64,000 nucleotides of DNA from Acidimicrobiia bacterium. GTDB taxonomy: Bacteria > Actinomycetota > Acidimicrobiia > Spongiisociales > JAHEDJ01. Position numbers and translations under genes: made by a program. The notes below the pieces were generated by a model that was given only the letters and a program-made list of their open reading frames with translations, did no database searches and was not told the DNA's origin. Below, in pieces: positions 10,246 to 17,888 of the stretch. The stretch's first letter is position 1. Each line of letters starts with the position of its first letter. The stretch lies in contig JARGFH010000011.1 in NCBI GenBank assembly GCA_029210695.1, forward strand, positions 1,010 through 65,009, read 5' to 3'.

Positions 10246-10952
10246 AGGACGAGGAGCCGACGGCAATGCAGACAAAGAGGTGGATCATCTGCCGCGACTT
10301 CGATCTGTTCTGCCGTCGAGAGGGTTAGATGGCATCCCCCACACACTCCGTCGATCAAGCGGCCGATGGCGACGCCCTCCTTGGTGTTGCGGAGGCGCTC
10401 GTACGTCGTCAGAAGGTCGGGCGGGATCAGCGGCACGATCTCCGCCTTGCGCCCTTCGCGTCTGGCCAGCTCGGCATCGATCTTCTTCCACTCGGCGGCA
10501 ACCTGGGCCTCGAGATGCGCCTCCGCGGTCGTCCGCTCCTCCAGGTCGGAGCGAGCCGCCGCGGCTCGCTCGTCCAGACCCTCTCGAGTGTCGATGAGTG
10601 CGAGCACGAGATCTTCCATCTGACTCTGTTTCGAGCGAAGAGAGATGACCTCGTTTCGCATGTTCTCCGTCTCCCTGGCGCTCATACCTCCGGCGAACAG
10701 GCGCTGCTCCTCGCGCTGCAGCTTCTCCTCGAGAATCTCCAGCTCGCCTTCGGCCTTGTCCAGATCGCGAGACGCGTCCTTGAGTTCCGCTTCGAGCGCG
10801 GTGAGATGGCTGCGCGCGACCCCGCTCGCCTTGTGAGCAGCCCGGTATTCTTCGAGGACCGGTAGGGCTCCCCGGTTGTGCAGCAGCCGATCGATATCGA
10901 GGTCGACGTCCTGCAGATCGAGCAAATCACCGAAACTCTGCATTTCTTTCAT
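10242..10952 (-). CDS. C4-type zinc-ribbon / coiled-coil protein (COG1579 family)
   Basis: Long coiled coil followed by a C-terminal CGGCHLTLS...CLHCRRLL ribbon. Its start overlaps the Nif3 stop (TGATG). Confidence 0.75.
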   Translation of the reverse strand: MKEMQSFGDLLDLQDVDLDIDRLLHNRGALPVLEEYRAAHKASGVARSHLTALEAELKDASRDLDKAEGELEILEEKLQREEQRLFAGGMSARETENMRNEVISLRSKQSQMEDLVLALIDTREGLDERAAAARSDLEERTTAEAHLEAQVAAEWKKIDAELARREGRKAEIVPLIPPDLLTTYERLRNTKEGVAIGRLIDGVCGGCHLTLSTAEQIEVAADDPPLCLHCRRLLVL

Positions 10953-12031
10953 CAACGTCCCCATGGGTCGGTGTTCAGATTCGTGAGATCGCGCGCCGTT
11001 ACTCCGAGTCCGGCTACTGCAGCGTACAGCTGTCGCATGCCTGGACGCTCGGTCGGGGCATGTCCGGCATCGATGACGAAGAGACCCCGATCGAGCGCCT
11101 GGACGGTCTGGTGGTGACTCACATCGCCGGTCACGATGACCGCCGCGCAGACTGATGCTGCGGCGGCGGTGAGGTCGCCTCCCGATCCCGGGACGACGGC
11201 TACCACCGTAACCTCGGAGTCCATGTCGCCGGCCACGCGGACGGCCGTCGCCGGCAGGCTCTGTTCTAGCTCCCGTGCCAACGCTCCCAGCCGAATGGGC
11301 CCGGCCCGCCGCCCGAAGCGGCCAACGAAGCCCCCATTGGAGCGAGTCTTGAAGATGTCATACGCTGGTTCCTCGTAGGGATGAACGGCAGCCAGCGCTG
11401 CTACCACTGCCTCAATGCGGGATTCAGGGGCGACCATCTCGAGCCGGATCTCGGACTCACGACTGAGTTCTCCGTGCGAACCGACCGCGGGACGGGCCGC
11501 TTCGTCTGGCAAGAAGGTGCCAACGCCTTCGCTCCGGAACGAGCATCCTGAGTAGCGTCCGATGGAGCCACCTCCGGCGGTCGACATTGCCGCATACACC
11601 TGCTCGACGTAATCGGGCGGAACGAACGTTACGACCTTGACGGCGTCCGGTCCGTCGATTCGGCCGAACCCGTCCGGTGACTCGATTCCGGCCGTGGCGG
11701 CAAGGGCATCGGCAGCACCTCCGGCCGCAACGTCGAATGCTGTGTGCACGACGGCCAGGTTGACCCCGGCTCGCGCCAGTCGGAGTGCCCGGCCGGCGGC
11801 TGATCGACCGGCGACCAGCGCCGTCGTCGGATGAAATAGCAACGGGTGATAGGTGACGAGCAGATCGGGAGGGCGCTCAATAACCGCCGCAACGACAGCT
11901 TCCGTGACCTCGTGGCAAACGGCCACACTTTGGACGTCCGCAGCCGGGTCTCCGATCTGGACCCCGACCGGATCCCAGGCGGCGGCCTTGCCGGCCGGTA
12001 CCAGGGACGAAAGGAGGTCTTGCACGCGCAT
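10952..12031 (-). CDS. Nif3-like dinuclear metal-centre protein (GTP cyclohydrolase 1 type 2 homologue family)
   Basis: N-terminus MRVQDLLSSL with typical Nif3 His clusters (VIVTGDVSHHQT, DAGHAPTE). First of a coupled four-gene operon. Confidence 0.75.
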   Translation of the reverse strand: MRVQDLLSSLVPAGKAAAWDPVGVQIGDPAADVQSVAVCHEVTEAVVAAVIERPPDLLVTYHPLLFHPTTALVAGRSAAGRALRLARAGVNLAVVHTAFDVAAGGAADALAATAGIESPDGFGRIDGPDAVKVVTFVPPDYVEQVYAAMSTAGGGSIGRYSGCSFRSEGVGTFLPDEAARPAVGSHGELSRESEIRLEMVAPESRIEAVVAALAAVHPYEEPAYDIFKTRSNGGFVGRFGRRAGPIRLGALARELEQSLPATAVRVAGDMDSEVTVVAVVPGSGGDLTAAAASVCAAVIVTGDVSHHQTVQALDRGLFVIDAGHAPTERPGMRQLYAAVAGLGVTARDLTNLNTDPWGR

Positions 12032-12067
12032 CGGCGGAATAGTACCCCCCGGCGCCAACGAGCCCGC

Positions 12068-13318
12068 CTACACCACCGACCAGGCAAGAACAGCCGCCGC
12101 GGCAGCCAGGCTGAGCACGGCGACGACTGCTCTGAGCTGCTTACGATCCCCGATTCCGGCCACCATCATTGCCTTGACGGCTGTATTCACGGCGACTGCG
12201 ATCAGAACCGCGCGGGCGCCGTCGGTGGCGCTCAATCCGTCATTCACGAGATTGGCCATGGATAGGTTGATGGCGTCGACGTCGTTTATCCCAGACAGGG
12301 CTCCCACCACGTTGAGCGCGGCGGCCGAAAACTGGTCGAGAAGCAATTTGGCGACGAACACCACCGCCGCGTAGAGCGCGCCGAACTGAAGGGCAACGGG
12401 GAGCGAGAGCGGGTTCCGCAACTCGAAGGCATCTCCCGGCGGCGTCCCCCGGTTGGCCCTGATCCATGCCACTGCCCCGGCGGCCAGGACAACGACGCCC
12501 AGACCGACCAGCGGCACAGCCAACACTTCCGCCAGCGCCGGAGCAACCACGAGAGCGAGTGCCAGGACACGGAAGTACATGAGACCCGACGCGCCGAGGA
12601 TGCCCGCTTCCAGCGAGTGGCGGAGTTCGGGATGCCGGCGAGACATCCGGGAAAACCCGAGAGTGACTGCGGTTGATGAGATGAGTCCCCCGACCAGGCC
12701 GGTGAACACGAGACCTCCACTCCCCTTGACCCGAAGTCCTATGTACCCGGCGAGCCCAACCGCCGAGACGAGCACGACCATCAGCCATATCTCACGCGGG
12801 TTGAAGGCGGCCAACGGACCGTATGACTCATCCGGCAAAAGCGGAAGGATGATTGCCGAGATCACTCCGAACTGAACCGCCGCTCTCACATCTTCGTCCG
12901 AGAACCTCCGACCGAGCGCGTGGATGGGGTCCTTGGCTCGAAGCAAAGCGATTGTTCCAACCACCAGGGCCACGGCAACCACCACTCGATCGGCCCAGAC
13001 CAGCGCACCGACGCCAAACGTGACGATCGCCGCAGCTTCGGTGGTCGTCCCCCAGTCGCCCGTCTCGCGAAACGCGAACACATACGAGGCGATCACCAGG
13101 GCTAGCGCCGCCGAGGCCCAGAACAGCCAGGCAAGGGGGCCGTACTCGTCGGCCGCGAATCCACCAAGCGCCCCTAGCGCGGCGTAGAGGGCGAACGTAC
13201 GAGCACCGGCATAGTCGTCGGGATCACTCCGGTGCGACGTCTGCCGTTCGAGTCCGACCACGGCGCCGAGGCCTGCCGCCACGACGAAGGCCATGATCAT
13301 TGCGCCCGTGCTGTCCAC
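12068..13318 (-). CDS. MgtC/SapB-family membrane protein with a C-terminal DUF4010-like domain
   Basis: 416-aa polytopic membrane protein. N-terminal MgtC-like motif AAGLGAVVGLERQ. Confidence 0.6.
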   Translation of the reverse strand: MDSTGAMIMAFVVAAGLGAVVGLERQTSHRSDPDDYAGARTFALYAALGALGGFAADEYGPLAWLFWASAALALVIASYVFAFRETGDWGTTTEAAAIVTFGVGALVWADRVVVAVALVVGTIALLRAKDPIHALGRRFSDEDVRAAVQFGVISAIILPLLPDESYGPLAAFNPREIWLMVVLVSAVGLAGYIGLRVKGSGGLVFTGLVGGLISSTAVTLGFSRMSRRHPELRHSLEAGILGASGLMYFRVLALALVVAPALAEVLAVPLVGLGVVVLAAGAVAWIRANRGTPPGDAFELRNPLSLPVALQFGALYAAVVFVAKLLLDQFSAAALNVVGALSGINDVDAINLSMANLVNDGLSATDGARAVLIAVAVNTAVKAMMVAGIGDRKQLRAVVAVLSLAAAAAVLAWSVV

Positions 13319-13327
13319 TCTTTGAAC

Positions 13328-13693
13328 CTACTCCGGCCGTCCGGCGGCCAACCGTGCCAGGGCGGCCGGGAGCTCGGCCCAGGCCACGATCGTGGCGCCA
13401 TCAACCGCCTTGTTGACCGTCTTTCGAGCTCGCTCGTCACCGTCGAAGAACACAACCGGAATTCCACGTCCGCCCGTTTGCTCGCCGAGCGCAAGGGCGA
13501 CATCTCTTCCGTGTTTGGGCGCCACCCGCAATGAAATAGCGACTGCGATCGGAGGGTGGTCGAGCGCCGTCTGTACAGCCCGGACACCGTCGTCGGATTC
13601 TGTGATCACGTCCCAGCCCTCGTGTTGAAGTTCGGTGGCCAGGTCGATGACCTCGGACCAGTCCCAATGAAGCAACAGCACGGAAGGCATGGT
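13328..13693 (-). CDS. Small stand-alone receiver-like (degenerate CheY-fold?) protein
   Basis: 121 aa from an ATG at 13693, with alternating hydrophobic beta/alpha periodicity like a REC domain. The acidic pocket and phospho-acceptor Asp are not conserved (LLLHWDWS, AISLRV). The 336-aa ORF upstream of it is a repeat artefact. Confidence 0.45.
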   Translation of the reverse strand, partial: TMPSVLLLHWDWSEVIDLATELQHEGWDVITESDDGVRAVQTALDHPPIAVAISLRVAPKHGRDVALALGEQTGGRGIPVVFFDGDERARKTVNKAVDGATIVAWAELPAALARLAAGRPE

Positions 13694-13742
13694 GTGAAGG
13701 CTAATGGGTTGAGCCGTGGCGATAGGCGGTAGGCCGTGGGCC

Positions 13743-13770
13743 GTGGGCCGTGGGCCGTGGGAGCCGGGCA
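13743..13770. repeat. (GGCCGTG)x4 heptamer microsatellite
   Basis: Read directly from the sequence. Confidence 0.9.
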
Positions 13771-13777
13771 ATTGGCA

Positions 13778-13798
13778 ATTGGCAATTGGCTCCGCGCG
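13778..13798. repeat. (GCAATTG)x3 heptamer microsatellite (contains a palindromic CAATTG core)
   Basis: Read directly from the sequence. The same heptamer recurs x4 at 38708..38735. Confidence 0.9.
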
Positions 13799-13807
13799 AA
13801 AGGTGGC

Positions 13808-14100
13808 CGAAGGGTGAAATCCCGAACGGACCGGCCCCACAAGGCGAGCCGAGTTTCGCCCGAAGGGTGAAATCCCGAACGGACCGGCCCCACAAGGCGA
13901 GCCGAGTTTCGCCCGAAGGGTGAAGTCCCGAACGGACCGGCCCCACAAGGCGAGCCGAGTTTCGCCCGAAGGGTGAAATCTCGAACGGACCGGCCCCACA
14001 AGGCGAGCCGAGTTTCGCCCGAAGGGTGAAATCTCGAACGGACCGGCCCCACAAGGCGAGCCGAGTTTCGCCCGAAGGGTGAAACTCGAACGGACCGGCC
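13808..14100. repeat. 53-bp tandem minisatellite, 5 complete units (13808..14072) plus a partial sixth, MIRU/VNTR-like
   Basis: Unit cgaagggtgaaatcccgaacggaccggccccacaaggcgagccgagtttcgcc at exact 53-bp periodicity. Only 1-3 SNPs differ between units. It sits directly 3' of tRNA-Val. Unit length is not a multiple of 3, so it is non-coding. Confidence 0.9.
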
Positions 14101-14117
14101 CGAAGGGCCGGTCCGCG

Positions 14118-14190
14118 TGGACGCTGACGGGCTCGAACCGCCGACCTCCTGCTTGTAAGGCAGGCGCTCTCCCAACTGAGCTAAGCGTCC
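14118..14190 (-). tRNA. tRNA-Val (anticodon TAC)
   Basis: The reverse complement GGACGCTTAGCTCAGTTGGGAGAGCGCCTGCCTTACAAGCAGGAGGTCGGCGGTTCGAGCCCGTCAGCGTCCA folds into a cloverleaf: 7-bp acceptor stem, GTTCGAGCC T-arm, anticodon loop CTTACAA. CCA is not encoded. A hairpin (ggaccggccc-gaag-ggccggtcc) follows immediately. Confidence 0.9.
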
Positions 14191-14378
14191 GGTTGAGGAA
14201 GGATGATAGGGGTCCGCTCCCTCTCCTGAAAGCAGCGGAAGCCCGAATCCCGCCAACCCTCTCGACAGCGTCCCGGCCTTGGTGGTTGAAGGACTCAACT
14301 CGGATCATGCTGAATGCGGGATGTGTCTCGCCGACCAACCCTCATCCCGGTCGAGCTGCCTTCGACCTAACCGGGCGG

Positions 14379-15158
14379 TCAGTAGGAACGGAACGACTGC
14401 CAAATCAGAGTGAAGATGTCTTCTCGAGTGGCATCATCGAGATAGCGAGAAGACTCGAATGTCACCCACGGCGGGGTAATGCCGATTTCCACCTCGTTCA
14501 CGAAAGATCCGCCGGGAGTGCATTCATACACGCGGTATGTGAAATACCCGGACCCCGGCCTCTCGACATCCCCGTAGGCAAAGGCGCACTGAGTGGGAAC
14601 CGGCATCTCATCCAGGTACATCTCGGCGATCTCTTCGAAGCTACCCGTCACCGGCTGCATCACTCGATGAAGGTAGTAGCCGTCATGGTTCGCCGGCCCT
14701 TCTCCAATCGTTGCCGACATCCACTCCTCGATCTCTGGCGAAGCCCATATGGTGTCTTCAGTTACTTCGACCGACCAGTCACCAGGCACGGTCACCCCGA
14801 GCCTGCCCCCTCCATCGATTATCAGCATCCACTCCAACTCTGGTTCCCCGGGAACGGTGGTCGGTGCCCTGGTGACGGTGGTTGATGGTTCTACCTTTGT
14901 CGTCGGGGCACCGAGGGCTGTCGAAGTCACCGCCGGCGAATCGACGGTTGTGTCACTCGCAATCGGCTCATTGTTCTCTTCACCACCGCGGTCAGTCACG
15001 AATCCGGCGATGAGAAGGACAGCTCCAAACACTCCGAGCAGGATCTGGCGAGGAAGCGAATCAACCAGTGGGATCTCGACTTTGAAAGCAACGAGACCGC
15101 CACCGACTATTGCCGCTCCCCCAAATGCGACTCCGGCAATGATCAGCGTGGATTGCAT
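14379..15158 (-). CDS. Hypothetical membrane-anchored protein (2 N-terminal TM segments, Thr/Pro-rich linker, globular C-terminal domain)
   Basis: 259-aa ORF with typical codon usage and no known motif. Confidence 0.5.
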   Translation of the reverse strand: MQSTLIIAGVAFGGAAIVGGGLVAFKVEIPLVDSLPRQILLGVFGAVLLIAGFVTDRGGEENNEPIASDTTVDSPAVTSTALGAPTTKVEPSTTVTRAPTTVPGEPELEWMLIIDGGGRLGVTVPGDWSVEVTEDTIWASPEIEEWMSATIGEGPANHDGYYLHRVMQPVTGSFEEIAEMYLDEMPVPTQCAFAYGDVERPGSGYFTYRVYECTPGGSFVNEVEIGITPPWVTFESSRYLDDATREDIFTLIWQSFRSY

Positions 15159-15417
15159 CTAAACCGCCTTCGTCCCAACTCTGAACACAGAGTCGACAAT
15201 GCGCCCTTCAGGCACAAGAGCCGAAAGCCCCTTGTAGCGGGGGACGAGTACGGACGGTGCATCAGCCAGTTGCGCCCGCAACCACTCCAACACCCCTGAA
15301 TCGCAGCGCTGATACGAGCCATGAATCGTCGGAGATGCGTGGTGCCCCCCGGGAAATGCCACGGGTTCTATCTGCTCGTTGGCGAAGTCGGGGCTGCCTG
15401 CGAGGAGGACTCAATGG

Positions 15418-15490
15418 TCCCCGTGACGTCACATGGGTGGAGGCACAACATCAACCACCTTCAGATCCGACGGCACCGGTATGGCTTGTT
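15418..15490. repeat. Copy A of a ~70-bp conserved element (tgacgtcacatgggtggaggcacaacatcaaccaccttcagatccgacggcaccggtatggcttgtt)
   Basis: About 93% identical to copy B at 16008..16080. Contains the 10-bp palindrome GTGACGTCAC. Confidence 0.8.
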
Positions 15491-15577
15491 CGCCCCCGGG
15501 AACTGGCGTCGAGAACGATTCCCGGCGTGGGGTCGCATTGGCGGGTGCGGCGTGCGAGGCGATGTACGCAGGCGACG

Positions 15578-15859
15578 CTAGTGGATAGAACCTCGCCATA
15601 CGCTGCCGTTCCCGACTCCGATTTCCGAGAAGAGCACTATGAGGGCATCCCCAAACATCGCCAGTGATACCACGCCGACGAGTGCGATCAAGCCGATCAT
15701 CAGTCCGTACTCCACCAGCGCGGTCGCCTCTTCGGAGCGGGTGAGTCGAGACAATACGCCGGCTTGCTCGCAAGGCGATTCCCCTGACGGTAGGGGGGCA
15801 ACCTCCCGGCTGATCGCTTGAGCACGGGCAAGACCTCGGCCGCGGCGTCGGAACACCAT
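15578..15859 (-). CDS. Flp/Fap-family type IVb prepilin (Tad pilus subunit), orphan
   Basis: C-terminal EEATALVEYGLMIGLIALVGVVSLAMFGDALIVLFSEIG matches the Flp motif ATAIEYGLI followed by a hydrophobic helix. The ATG at 15859 would give an unusually long leader, so the in-frame TTG at 15754 (58 aa) is an alternative start. Confidence 0.5.
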   Translation of the reverse strand: MVFRRRGRGLARAQAISREVAPLPSGESPCEQAGVLSRLTRSEEATALVEYGLMIGLIALVGVVSLAMFGDALIVLFSEIGVGNGSVWRGSIH

Positions 15860-16007
15860 ATGTTGTTGTCCCCTCTCAGACCTACGCAACCTAGCAGCCA
15901 CCCCAGACTTCAGAAGGATTATCTGACGGCCCGACTCAGGAGAATCGTGGAGTTGGTACCGACAGCTCGCCCATTGAATCCGGCACGGCGGGGAACTCGC
16001 GACGTCT

Positions 16008-16080
16008 CCATGACGTCACATAGGTGGAGGCGCAACATGAACCACCTTCAGATCCGACGGCACCGGTATGGCTTGTTAAC
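16008..16080. repeat. Copy B of the ~70-bp TGACGTCA-containing element, about 125 bp upstream of the sigma-factor start
   Basis: Pairwise identity to copy A, read directly from the sequence. Confidence 0.8.
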
Positions 16081-16204
16081 CCCAGGAGACTCGCTCCGGC
16101 GGGCACTGCTTCTCAGCCGCCGCCGCTTCGCCTACCGGCTTCCATCCATGCCGAACTGATCGACTGCCAACCCTCCACCCGGAGATCCCCTATTCCGTCG
16201 TCCC

Positions 16205-17173
16205 ATGCCTCTACCATCCGCGCCAATGGCTCAACCCACCTCACGACGGAAGACATCCGAAACCGACGCCCGCGAGGATGCCGTCCGGCAATACCTCGAC
16301 GAGATCGGCAAATACCAGCTGCTCAGCGCCGATGATGAAGTCGATCTGGCCAAGCGGATCGAGCGTGGGAACCGAGCCACCGATGCCCTTCTGCAACCCG
16401 AACTGAACGCGACGGAGCGAGCAAAACTCCAGATCCTCGCCAAACGGGGAGTGGAGGCCAGACGTCAGTTCATCAACTCCAACCTGCGCCTCGTCGTTTC
16501 GATTGCCAAGCGATACGCCAAGACCGATCTGCCGTTTCTCGACCTCATCCAGGAAGGAAACCTGGGCTTGATCCGCGCAGTGGAGAAATTCGAGTACCGC
16601 AAGGGCTTCAAGTTCTCGACCTACGCAACCTGGTGGATCCGCCAGGCCATCACACGGGCGATCGCCGACAAGGGCAGAACCATCAGGGTGCCGGTGCACA
16701 TGATGGACACGATCGGCCAGGTGCGTACCACGGAGAATCACCTGTTCAAGATGCTGGGCCGAATTCCCACCGCCGAGGAGATCGCCGAGGAGTCGGGCCT
16801 GACCCCCGACCGGGTGCGCGAGGCACAGAAAGTCGCTCCCGAACCTGTCTCCCTTTTTGAGCCGGTCGGCGAGGACGACGCAGTGCTGGGTGACTTCATT
16901 GAAGATCTCGACGCAACCACTCCCTTCGACCTGGTAGCGGCCGGGTTTGGTCGCGCCGATCTCGAGCGAGTGTTGGGGAAGCTGAACGACCGCGAGCGCA
17001 CCGTTCTTTCGATGCGCTACGGACTGGACTCCGGGATCCCCCAGACTCTCGACGAAGTCGGCAAGCACTTCGGACTCACCCGTGAGCGAATCCGCCAGAT
17101 CGAGGCGAAGGCGCTCGCCAAGCTGCGCCATCCCTCCGCTCCCGGCAGCCTCCGCCACCTGCTCGCTCGCTGA
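16205..17173 (+). CDS. Sigma-70 family RNA polymerase sigma factor, group 2 (SigB/HrdB-like; lacks region 1.1)
   Basis: Region 2 [43 protein letters not shown] and region 4.2 [19 protein letters not shown]. At 322 aa it is group-2 sized. Confidence 0.85.
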   Translation: MPLPSAPMAQPTSRRKTSETDAREDAVRQYLDEIGKYQLLSADDEVDLAKRIERGNRATDALLQPELNATERAKLQILAKRGVEARRQFINSNLRLVVSIAKRYAKTDLPFLDLIQEGNLGLIRAVEKFEYRKGFKFSTYATWWIRQAITRAIADKGRTIRVPVHMMDTIGQVRTTENHLFKMLGRIPTAEEIAEESGLTPDRVREAQKVAPEPVSLFEPVGEDDAVLGDFIEDLDATTPFDLVAAGFGRADLERVLGKLNDRERTVLSMRYGLDSGIPQTLDEVGKHFGLTRERIRQIEAKALAKLRHPSAPGSLRHLLAR

Positions 17174-17184
17174 CCCGAACGCGG

Positions 17185-17211
17185 GTCGGTCCGGGCGCCG
17201 GGCGTCCGGAC
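17185..17211. terminator. GC-rich hairpin (cggtccgggcgc-cgg-gcgtccggaccg) between the convergent sigma and whiB genes
   Basis: About 12-bp inverted repeat. No U-tract on either side, so this is putative. Confidence 0.35.
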
Positions 17212-17227
17212 CGATTGGTCGAGAGGA

Positions 17228-17530
17228 TCATGCGGGCCGGACCAGCTCCCACAAATCGTTTCGAGTCGCTTCGAGTGGCAGCTCGACATCGGCTTTGCGG
17301 GGCCGTCCTCTGGTCCGCTTCCGATAGAACGGCTCACCGTCCCAGAAGATGACGCCGCCCCAGACGCCCCAGTCCTCGTTGTTTTCCAGGGCGGCTTCTA
17401 AGCACTCGATGCGCACCGTACATCGGAAGCATATGGCTTGTGCCGCATTCAATTCGTCCGGCCGCTCGCTGAAGAACAGATCCTGTTGTCCCCCATCGAC
17501 GCATAACCCTCGTTCGTAAATCTCGTTCAT
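17228..17530 (-). CDS. whiB7: WhiB-family transcriptional regulator with a C-terminal AT-hook (WhiB7-like)
   Basis: Four-Cys Fe-S motif (C-x21-C-x2-C-x5-C). GVWGG turn followed by RKRTRGRPRK, close to M. tuberculosis WhiB7 EPWGVWGG...KRPRGRPRK. Confidence 0.8.
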   Translation of the reverse strand: MNEIYERGLCVDGGQQDLFFSERPDELNAAQAICFRCTVRIECLEAALENNEDWGVWGGVIFWDGEPFYRKRTRGRPRKADVELPLEATRNDLWELVRPA

Positions 17531-17888
17531 CTTGATGCTTCCTTCCAAAAGAAAAAACCGCCTGCTTGGTGCCCGACGGTCTTGCTCGTTGAAGTTGGAA
17601 TGGTCCTACATCAGAGAACGAGTGGCCGCCCGCGCGCGTCCGAAACCGTCGGAATGCCTCCGAGCAGCTTCATTGCGTTGTGGAACGACCAGGTGTTCAT
17701 CAAACTCTGCTTCCTGTACGTCCCGTCAACATATCGAAGACGGGCGCCGCCGTCAAGGGAATAACGCCAACGGACGGACACGCAATAGGCAACCGGCAAG
17801 GACCGCCCGCTCCGTGACGCCCGATACCCCATGCCTGATCCCCGGCCGGTGTATTGTGCAAGGAATTCGACGAGGAGCGAGAGAGGCC
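17531..17888 (-). promoter_or_regulatory. About 360-nt whiB7 5' leader with an upstream ORF and a U-tract (TTTTTTCTTTT) ending about 20 nt before the start codon
   Basis: The long leader and T-tract are visible in the sequence. A leader-uORF-attenuator layout is the known architecture of mycobacterial/streptomycete whiB7. The stem before the T-tract is weak, so this call is an inference. Confidence 0.45.

Noticed and set aside
13808-14100. Possible CRISPR array
   Set aside because: The units are directly tandem with no unique spacers and no cas genes nearby. This is a minisatellite, not CRISPR.
13606-14298. Long minus-strand ORFs (13606..14298, 13701..14054, and the N-terminal two-thirds of 13328..14338) with repetitive peptide sequence
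   Set aside because: They run through the 53-bp tandem repeat. The 53-aa periodicity of the translation is what a unit that is not a multiple of 3 produces. They also run across the tRNA-Val gene. They are artefacts, not genes.
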